A stretch of DNA of 57,379 bases from a candidate division NC10 bacterium RIFCSPLOWO2_12_FULL_66_18 (GTDB lineage: Bacteria > Methylomirabilota > Methylomirabilia > Methylomirabilales > 2-02-FULL-66-22). The stretch covers positions 1 through 57,379 of the forward strand of contig METI01000073.1 of assembly GCA_001771285.1 (NCBI GenBank). Reading direction: 5' to 3'. This document shows, piece after piece, positions 50,979 to 57,379 of this stretch. A program made the translations under genes and the position numbers. How positions within the stretch are numbered: position 1 is the first letter of the stretch; each line of letters begins with the position of its first letter. The notes beneath the pieces are model-generated. The model worked only from the letters and a program-made list of their open reading frames with translations, was not told the origin of the DNA and did not search any database.

Positions 50979-51401
50979 GTGGACGTGCCCTTCAAGATCC
51001 TGATCGTGGACGACGCCATCTTCATGCGGAGCATGATCCGGGACTTGTTCGCCCGCGGGCCTTTCGTCGTCGCCGGCGAGGCAGGGAACGGGGTGGAGGC
51101 GATCCGGCTGTACCAGGAGTTGCGTCCGGACCTGACGACCATGGACATCGTCATGCCCGAGATGGACGGGATCACGGCGCTGAAGGAGATCATGCGCTTC
51201 GATCCCTCGGCCAACGTAGTGATGTGCAGCGCCCTGGGGCAGGAGGCACTGATCGCCGAGGCCATCGAGTCCGGCGCGCGGGACTTCATCGTCAAGCCCT
51301 TTCAACCCGGCCGCGTCCTGAAGGTGGTGCAGAGCGTGCTCGGGCTGGATGACGAGTTCCAGCCGGTGGTGCTGCCTGGGTCAGGGGGGGAGGCGCGGTG
51401 A
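50979..51401 (+). CDS. cheY: Response regulator CheY
   Basis: KILIVDDAIFMR...DLTTMDIVMPEMDG...VVMCSA...DFIVKPF. Start is GTG 50979 or 50985. Confidence 0.9.
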   Translation: MDVPFKILIVDDAIFMRSMIRDLFARGPFVVAGEAGNGVEAIRLYQELRPDLTTMDIVMPEMDGITALKEIMRFDPSANVVMCSALGQEALIAEAIESGARDFIVKPFQPGRVLKVVQSVLGLDDEFQPVVLPGSGGEAR

Positions 51402-52069
51402 CCGGCGGTGGGGGCCAGCCCGTGCGCAACGGGCGTCGGCCCCGAGGGGGATTGCCCCTGGCGCTGGCCATCGGGGCCTCCACCGGAGGCCCCCGGGCCC
51501 TGCTGATCTTGCTGGCGGATTTGCAGTTGCCCGTCCCCGCTCCCATCTTCCTGGTTCAGCACATCCATCCGAAGTTCACCCGGATCCTGAGTCGGCGACT
51601 CGGCGAGGTTTCGTCCCTCCCGGTCCTGGAGGCGGAGGAGGCGGCGGTCGTCCAGCCCGGCCGGATCTACATCGCGCCGGGCGGCCGCCACCTGGTGGTG
51701 GAGCGCGGGGTGGGTGGCACCTGCCGGACGCGGCTCACGCTGGACCCCCCGCGCCACGGAGTGCGTCCCTCCGTTGACGAGCTGTTCACCTCGGTGGCGG
51801 AAGCCTTTGGCCCCCGGGCCGTGGGGGTCGTCCTCACGGGCATGGGGCGAGACGGGCTTGCCGGAGCGCGCGCCATCAAGGCCCGGGGGGGCACGGTCCT
51901 GGCCGAGGCCGAGGAGACGTGTGTGGTCTATGGGATGCCACGGGCACTGGCAGAGGCGGATCTGGCGGATCGCGTGGTCCCCATCGGCGAGATGGCGGAA
52001 GCCATCCGCCAGGTGTGCCTGGGCCTCAGGGCGGGTACCGCCTCGGCGCTCCTCCCGCTGTCCGAGTAG
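51398..52069 (+). CDS. cheB: CheB-type methylesterase, catalytic domain only (no receiver domain)
   Basis: AIGASTGGPRAL...IFLVQHI...IYIAPGGRHL...VVLTGMGRDG...ETCVVYGMP. GTGA overlap with cheY. Confidence 0.85.
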   Translation: MTGGGGQPVRNGRRPRGGLPLALAIGASTGGPRALLILLADLQLPVPAPIFLVQHIHPKFTRILSRRLGEVSSLPVLEAEEAAVVQPGRIYIAPGGRHLVVERGVGGTCRTRLTLDPPRHGVRPSVDELFTSVAEAFGPRAVGVVLTGMGRDGLAGARAIKARGGTVLAEAEETCVVYGMPRALAEADLADRVVPIGEMAEAIRQVCLGLRAGTASALLPLSE

Positions 52070-52077
52070 GTGACTCT

Positions 52078-54120
52078 ATGGACATGTCGAAGTACGTCAA
52101 GATGTTCGTCAGCGAGTCGCAGGAGCACCTGCAGAAGATGGACGGGCTCCTGCTGGCGCTGGAACAGAACAGCGGGGACCGCACGGCCCTCGACACCCTG
52201 TTTCGCGAGGCCCACTCCCTCAAAGGGATGTCCGCCTCCATGGGCTACGACCAGCTCGCCAAGGTCTCCCACCGGATGGAGGACTACCTGGACCGGTTCC
52301 GGGGCGGCACGGGGGTCCTGGAACGCCGCGGCGTGGATCTCTTGTTCGAAGGCGTGGACCTGCTGCGCCGGGCGGTGGAGGAGATCGCCGCCGACCAGGC
52401 GCCGACGCTGGTCGCCGAGTCGTACGTGGCGAAGATGGCGTCCCTGATGGTGGCCGAGCCTTTGGCCGCGGCTCCGGCGCCGTCCGATGAGGCCGAGGTG
52501 GCGTCCGCGCGTCAGCGGGTGGAGGCCCAGGGCCTCACCCTCTTCACGGTGGAGCTCCAGATCGCATCCGACGCTCCCCTGCCCTCGGCGCGGGCCTACA
52601 TCACCCTGCGGCGGACGCGGGACCTGGGAGAGTTGATCCGGTCCGCGCCGTCGGTGGACCAGGTGCAGGCCGGCGAGTTCTCGGGGAGCCTCTCGATGCT
52701 CCTCGCCACGGCCCGTTCGGCCGCCGAGGTCCAAGCCTTTCTGGCCAGCCTCCCGGACGTGGCCTCGGTCATCGTGCGACCGCTGGAAGACGGACGGGGG
52801 CCGGATCGGCCCGGACCCGCCCCGGGCGGACGACAGGACCCGCCCCGTCGGGAGGGAGGGTCCACCGAGATCCGTCCCGCTCCTTCCCCCGTCGTGTCTC
52901 TTCAGCCGGCGGTCCCCGCCCCGTCCGTCGCTCCGCCCCCTGCGGCGCCGACCGGGGGACCGGCGGGACCACAGAGTCGGGCCGCGACCATGCTCCGCGT
53001 CGACACGCGCCTCCTGGACGACCTGATGGACCAGGTGGGGGAGCTGGTGACGGCCAAGGGGACGCTCCTGGAGGAAAGCCAGGCGATCCCCTCGCGGACC
53101 CTGCGCGAGAGCATCGGACGGGTGGAGACCCTGGTGAAAGGCCTCCAGCAGCAGACCATGAAGCTGCGCATGATGCCCCTGGAGATGATCGCCGACCGTT
53201 TCCCGCGGGCCGTTCGGGACCTGGCGCGCAAGCGGGGGAAGGAGTTGAACTTCGAGATCCTGGGGAAGGAGATCGAGTTGGACCGCGCGATCCTGGAGGA
53301 ATTGCCGGACCCGCTGCTCCATATCTTCCGGAATGCCATCGACCACGGCATCGAGGCGCCGGAGGAGCGGGTGCGGAACGGGAAACCGCCGACCGGGACG
53401 ATCCGTCTGGAGGCCAGCAAGGAGCGCGAGAGCGTCCTCATCCGGGTGAGCGACGATGGTCGCGGCATGGACCCCGCGCACCTCCGTCGCGTGGCGCTGG
53501 AGCGTGGGGTGATCACCCGCGAACAGCATGACAGCCTGCCGGACGGCGAGGCCCTGGCCCTGATCACGGTCCCGGGATTCAGCACCGCCAAGGAGGTCAC
53601 CGACGTCTCGGGCCGCGGCGTGGGCATGGACGTGGTGAAGACCGTGATCGAGTCGCTGCGCGGGATTCTGCTCATCGAGTCGGTCCCGGGCCGGGGGAGC
53701 ACCTTCACGCTGAAGCTCCCGCTGACCTTGGCGGTGGTTGCCGTCCTGCTGGTCGAGGTGGGAGGAGAACGCTATGCCCTCCCGGTGACCTACGTCCAGC
53801 AGATCCTGGAGGTTCCGGTGACGGAGATCCAGCGGTCCCAGGGACAGGAGATGATCGCCTACGACGGCGCGCTTCTTCCGCTGGTGCGCCTGGGACGGAT
53901 CCTGGGCCGCCCCGAGGAAGACGCCGGTCCCTCCCGGCTGCTGGTCCTGTCCGAGATGCGGGGGCGCCTGGTGGGGCTGGCGGTGGATCGCCTGGTCGGC
54001 TATCGTGAGGTCATGGTCAAGTCGCTGGGCAAGGCGCTGAAAGGTCTCCGCGGCTTCGCGGGGGTGACCATTCTGGGGGACGGCAGCACGGTCCTCATTC
54101 TGGATCTCAATACGCTGTGA
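52078..54120 (+). CDS. cheA: Chemotaxis histidine kinase CheA
   Basis: HPt (FREAHSLKGMSASMG), Pro-rich linker, dimerisation region, HATPase (DHGIE...SDDGRGMD...GRGVGMDVV), C-terminal CheW-like domain. Confidence 0.95.
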   Translation: MDMSKYVKMFVSESQEHLQKMDGLLLALEQNSGDRTALDTLFREAHSLKGMSASMGYDQLAKVSHRMEDYLDRFRGGTGVLERRGVDLLFEGVDLLRRAVEEIAADQAPTLVAESYVAKMASLMVAEPLAAAPAPSDEAEVASARQRVEAQGLTLFTVELQIASDAPLPSARAYITLRRTRDLGELIRSAPSVDQVQAGEFSGSLSMLLATARSAAEVQAFLASLPDVASVIVRPLEDGRGPDRPGPAPGGRQDPPRREGGSTEIRPAPSPVVSLQPAVPAPSVAPPPAAPTGGPAGPQSRAATMLRVDTRLLDDLMDQVGELVTAKGTLLEESQAIPSRTLRESIGRVETLVKGLQQQTMKLRMMPLEMIADRFPRAVRDLARKRGKELNFEILGKEIELDRAILEELPDPLLHIFRNAIDHGIEAPEERVRNGKPPTGTIRLEASKERESVLIRVSDDGRGMDPAHLRRVALERGVITREQHDSLPDGEALALITVPGFSTAKEVTDVSGRGVGMDVVKTVIESLRGILLIESVPGRGSTFTLKLPLTLAVVAVLLVEVGGERYALPVTYVQQILEVPVTEIQRSQGQEMIAYDGALLPLVRLGRILGRPEEDAGPSRLLVLSEMRGRLVGLAVDRLVGYREVMVKSLGKALKGLRGFAGVTILGDGSTVLILDLNTL

Positions 54121-54286
54121 GGCCGTTCCCGGGGGATCTCGGGTCTGCGCGTGGGAGTGGCGGCTCAGCCGCCGGGTGCGGGGGTCGGGCTCCGGACCCG
54201 CCGGCCGCCGGGGGCGCGTTTCTCTGCTGGGGGGGCGCAAGCGGGATGTACGGGGTGTGGTGGCGTTGGACCGGGCAGGGAGTCTG

Positions 54287-54916
54287 ATGACCGATCACGG
54301 TGCGCTCAGCGACGTGATCCTGCGCCAGCTCCAGGACCTGAGCACGCAGAGCATGCGCCGGGCCAGCGAATCCCTGGCCGCCCTGCTGGGGCATCCGGTG
54401 CGGCTGTCGGTTTCCGACATCCGGGCCCTGCCCAAGAGCGCCCTGCCCGGCCTGGTGGAGGGTTCGGGAGCCGTCCTCATGGCCGGCCTGGGTTTCCAAA
54501 TCGTCGGGGAGGTCAGGGGACGGATGATCATCCTCTTCCCCCTGACCACGATCTTCCGCATGCTGCAGGCGCTCCTGGGAACGCCGGGGAACCCCCGGTC
54601 TCTGTCGGGCGAGGAGCAGTCTGCCGTCCAGGAAGTCGGAAACATCGTGGCCTCGTCGTTCCTGAGCGGGCTCGGCGATCTCCTGGGGAAGCGCCTGATG
54701 CCCACGCCACCAGAGTTCCACTTTGACGATTTCCCCACCCTGATGCGGCAGGTGACGGCAGACCTGGAGGGGCAGGGGGCGGAGGTCCTGGTGGTCCAGG
54801 CGCTCTTCGAGGATCCCGAGCAGCACATCGAGGGGCGGTTCTTCGTCCTGCCGGAGGTGGCCTCCCTGGCGGCGATGTTCCAGCGGGCGGCCGGTGACAG
54901 GAGGGCAGGGGCGTGA
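54287..54916 (+). CDS. cheC: CheC/CheX-like CheY-P phosphatase
   Basis: One clear E-x2-N-x(n)-P signature (EEQSAVQEVGNIVASSFLSGLGDLLGKRLMPTPP). The first half is degenerate. Confidence 0.7.
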   Translation: MTDHGALSDVILRQLQDLSTQSMRRASESLAALLGHPVRLSVSDIRALPKSALPGLVEGSGAVLMAGLGFQIVGEVRGRMIILFPLTTIFRMLQALLGTPGNPRSLSGEEQSAVQEVGNIVASSFLSGLGDLLGKRLMPTPPEFHFDDFPTLMRQVTADLEGQGAEVLVVQALFEDPEQHIEGRFFVLPEVASLAAMFQRAAGDRRAGA

Positions 54917-55743
54917 CGCCACCCGCGGTGGTTTCCATGGAGCCGGCGCTGGCGGCTCGCTCCGAGGGGCTGCGCACCCTGCTGCGGGACATGGGCCGCG
55001 TCCTGGTCGCCTTTTCGGGAGGGGTGGACAGCACCTTCCTCCTGGCAGTGGCGGCCGAGTGTCTGGGAGAGAGCGTCTTGGCGGTCACGGGCCTGTCGCC
55101 CAGCGTTCCCGCCGCGGAACGCGAGGAGGCGGCCGCGCTGGCCCGGCGCCTCAAGGTCCGGCATCGCTGGATCGAGACGACGGAGCTCGCGCGGCCGGGG
55201 TACGTGGCCAACGCTCCGGACCGCTGCTATTTCTGCAAGACGGAACTCTACGAACGGCTGGTGGTCCTGGCGCGATCCGAAGGCTACGCCTGGGTGGTGG
55301 ATGGGGCCAACCTGGACGACCTCGGGGATGTCCGCCCGGGCCGGGAGGCGGCCCGCCAGCACGGCGTCCGAAGCCCGCTGGTGGACGCCGGATTGCACAA
55401 GGCGGAGATCCGGGAGCTGTCCCGCAGGCTGGGCCTGCCCACATGGGAGAAGCCTGCCATGGCCTGCCTGGCCTCCCGGATCCCGCACGGCATTCCCGTG
55501 ACGATCGAGCGGCTGGGCCAGGTCGAGGCGGCGGAGGCGGCGCTCCGCGCGCTGGGCTTCCGGCAGGTGCGGGTCCGGCACCACGAGGCCATCGCGCGGA
55601 TCGAGCTTCCGCCGGAAGAGCGGGGAAGGCTGCTGGATCCTGCCCTGGCGGCCGACGTGGTCCGCCGGGTCAAGGCGGCCGGCTACCAGTTCGTGGTCCT
55701 GGACCTGGAAGGCTACCGCCCGGGGGGGCGGCCCAAGGCGTGA
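54913..55743 (+). CDS. larE: LarE-like PP-loop ATP-dependent sulfur transferase (TIGR00268 family)
   Basis: PP-loop VAFSGGVDST, DRCYFCK, ACLASRIP (conserved Cys), RVRHH...ARIE. 4-nt overlap with the cheC stop. Confidence 0.7.
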   Translation: MTPPAVVSMEPALAARSEGLRTLLRDMGRVLVAFSGGVDSTFLLAVAAECLGESVLAVTGLSPSVPAAEREEAAALARRLKVRHRWIETTELARPGYVANAPDRCYFCKTELYERLVVLARSEGYAWVVDGANLDDLGDVRPGREAARQHGVRSPLVDAGLHKAEIRELSRRLGLPTWEKPAMACLASRIPHGIPVTIERLGQVEAAEAALRALGFRQVRVRHHEAIARIELPPEERGRLLDPALAADVVRRVKAAGYQFVVLDLEGYRPGGRPKA

Positions 55744-55802
55744 CGGGGTGAACCGTGGTTCCCGCGGGGTCTGCCCATGGAGAGCGGAGGCGAGGCGGAT
55801 TG

Positions 55803-56156
55803 ATGCATCCTGACAGTCCGGAGCCGGCGACGGGCTCGGAGCGGAGGCAGTACAGGCGCTACCCGGTGATGTTCTCGGTGACCGTGGAGTCCGCGGGGGC
55901 CCTGCAGCAGCTTGCCGGAGAGCTGCTGGACGTCAGCGACGGAGGACTGCTCCTGGCCCTCCCGGAGAGCCTCGCCGTGGGGACACGCGTGGAAGTGCAA
56001 CTGGAGACGCCCGTCATGGCCTTTGCCTTGCCTGGCCGGATCGTCTGGACGGGGACGCTGCGCGGCCCCTCCCAGCCGCACGGCGTGGTGTTCGACCTCG
56101 AGCAGGGCCCGCCCTTCGCGCAGCGCCTCTACGAGATCGCCCGGCAGTCCTGGTGA
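55803..56156 (+). CDS. PilZ-domain protein
   Basis: RRQYRRYP (RxxxR) and DVSDGGLLL (DxSxxG). 117 aa. Confidence 0.75.
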   Translation: MHPDSPEPATGSERRQYRRYPVMFSVTVESAGALQQLAGELLDVSDGGLLLALPESLAVGTRVEVQLETPVMAFALPGRIVWTGTLRGPSQPHGVVFDLEQGPPFAQRLYEIARQSW

Positions 56157-56219
56157 CCGAGGGAAACTTGCCGACCTGACGGCTTACGTGATAAAGAAAG
56201 CAGTAGGAAGGAACCTCCG

Positions 56220-56603
56220 ATGGGGACGTTCTCAGTGGCCGTCACGGTCGCGCATCCGACAGAGCCGGGTAGTACTGCCAGGCTGGAACTGCTCGTGGAT
56301 ACGGGGGCCACGATCAGTTTTGTTCCCGCCGATGTGCTGGCGAACCTCGGGATCGAGCCTCGCTGGGCGGAGCGCGAATTCGAGACGGCATCGGGAGCCG
56401 TGATTCGAAGACGCGTCGGTGTAGCCTCTCTCGCAGTCGATGGACACGAAACCATCACGCCCGTGGTCTTCGGCGAGCCGGGAGATGCCAAGGTTCTCGG
56501 GGCGGTTGCCCTCGATTCCCTGGGTCTCGTTGTCGATCCCATAGCCAGACGCCTCATCCCTCGTCGTTTCCTTGCCCTCCGGGAATTCCTGACCCTTCGC
56601 TGA
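56220..56603 (+). CDS. Retropepsin-like (clan AA) aspartic protease
   Basis: 127 aa. LLVDTGATISFV active-site motif, and GAVALDSLGLVVDP near the C-terminus. Confidence 0.75.
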   Translation: MGTFSVAVTVAHPTEPGSTARLELLVDTGATISFVPADVLANLGIEPRWAEREFETASGAVIRRRVGVASLAVDGHETITPVVFGEPGDAKVLGAVALDSLGLVVDPIARRLIPRRFLALREFLTLR

Positions 56604-56650
56604 GCCTTGGCCTGGGGTCAGGCCCTCAGAATCGTATCGCCCTGCCCCCG

Positions 56651-57181
56651 CTATGACTCCCCCTCCGCGTCCCAGTCCACATACTGTGGCGGGCTCTTGC
56701 CGACACACTTGGTCACCCTCGGATACTTCCCCAGCGGTCCGCCTTCCTCTATGGCCGCGACGTTGATCTGGTGCCACCAGTCGGCGCCAAAGTCGAACCA
56801 ATATCCAAAGGCCTGCCCGACCTTCAAGCCGAGTGAACCAATGGTGGTCCGGGTCACATCACCTGCGGGCTTCCCCTCCGCGAATGGGTCCGTCATGGCC
56901 ATGGGCAGCACGTAGCACTTGGCCTTTGGGTCGTAGGGACCCTTGCCGCCGATTTGGAACTCGTACAGATGCTCCTCCTCGCGATCGAACGCGCGGAAGA
57001 TAGCACGGTGAAGCTCTTGGAGTGACTGGTGACCCCGGACCTGGATCGTCCGGGAAATGACACGGTTCTTCTTGGCGAACTCTTGCGTAATGGGGTCGCT
57101 GATGATGAAAACGTCCAGTGTGTAAAGCCGATCGTCGCGGACCTCAATCTTTCTGGTTCTTTTCCCTGTTCGGCGTTCCAT
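56651..57181 (-). CDS. pRiA4b ORF-3-like (PRiA4_ORF3 family) protein
   Basis: LYTLDVFIISDP...RTIQVRGHQSLQELHRAIFRAFDREEEHLYEFQIG...YWFDFGADWWHQI matches my recollection of PF07929. ATG 57181 chosen as start. Confidence 0.65.
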   Translation of the reverse strand: MERRTGKRTRKIEVRDDRLYTLDVFIISDPITQEFAKKNRVISRTIQVRGHQSLQELHRAIFRAFDREEEHLYEFQIGGKGPYDPKAKCYVLPMAMTDPFAEGKPAGDVTRTTIGSLGLKVGQAFGYWFDFGADWWHQINVAAIEEGGPLGKYPRVTKCVGKSPPQYVDWDAEGES

Positions 57182-57379
57182 AGCTCCGGTCCCTCGTGAG
57201 ATTCCGCCTGACCAGCAACGCCTCGGATACCGCACCCGCTTCAAGCAAGCAACAGCCCCTTGATTCGTTCCACGATAAGCACGTCCTCCGCTCCACGGAC
57301 TGGGTCCTCATCAATGGCGCCAGCGGTCAGGAGCGCCTCGAACTCCTCGTCTGCGGAGGAGTTCGTTCAGACAGACTTG

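Noticed and set aside
57245-57379. Minus-strand reading frame at the window edge ending ...DEEFEALLTAGAIDEDPVRGAEDVLIVERIKGLLLA*
   Set aside because: It is interrupted by an in-frame stop near the window end, has no start codon in view and has no recognisable family. It cannot be judged from a partial sequence.

Overview
High-G+C (mid-60s % by eye) bacterial chromosomal window. BamD and an AMIN-domain amidase indicate a Gram-negative-type envelope. I cannot place the 16S without a database search. Most of the window is core housekeeping. It holds thrS-infC-rpmI-rplT-pheS-pheT, zapB-like/zapA followed by a 6S RNA, rny-ymdB-folD, PBP1A, tyrS and one complete rrn operon (16S, tRNA-Ile, tRNA-Ala, 23S, an embedded CDS, 5S). 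It also holds amidase-gerM-rph-rdgB, a seven-gene tRNA array, tig-clpP-clpX, bamD, rsmA, a nicotinate phosphoribosyltransferase, thiL and a complete che cluster (cheR-mcp-cheW-cheY-cheB-cheA-cheC) extended by a LarE-like ATPase and a PilZ gene. There are four accessory or decayed patches. (1) tRNA-Cys to tRNA-Leu carries a HigBA module and gene remnants. (2) A roughly 1.6-kb low-G+C islet is integrated in tRNA-Val. It carries a TIR-domain gene, an XRE HTH gene, a small ORF and an integrase stump. (3) A DUF5674-like two-gene cassette is flanked by PIN remnants. (4) The right edge carries a retropepsin-like gene and a PRiA4_ORF3-like gene. The four most interesting observations are the TIR islet, a ComEA-like CDS between the 23S and 5S genes, conserved AT-rich hairpin spacers between every tRNA of the array and in the rrn ITS, and a wider class of intergenic hairpins whose arms are short-period tandem repeats. 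Those repeats also occur inside thrS and at the rsmA 3' end. All calls come from reading the sequence and translations. No searches were run, and RNA ends and several start codons are approximate.
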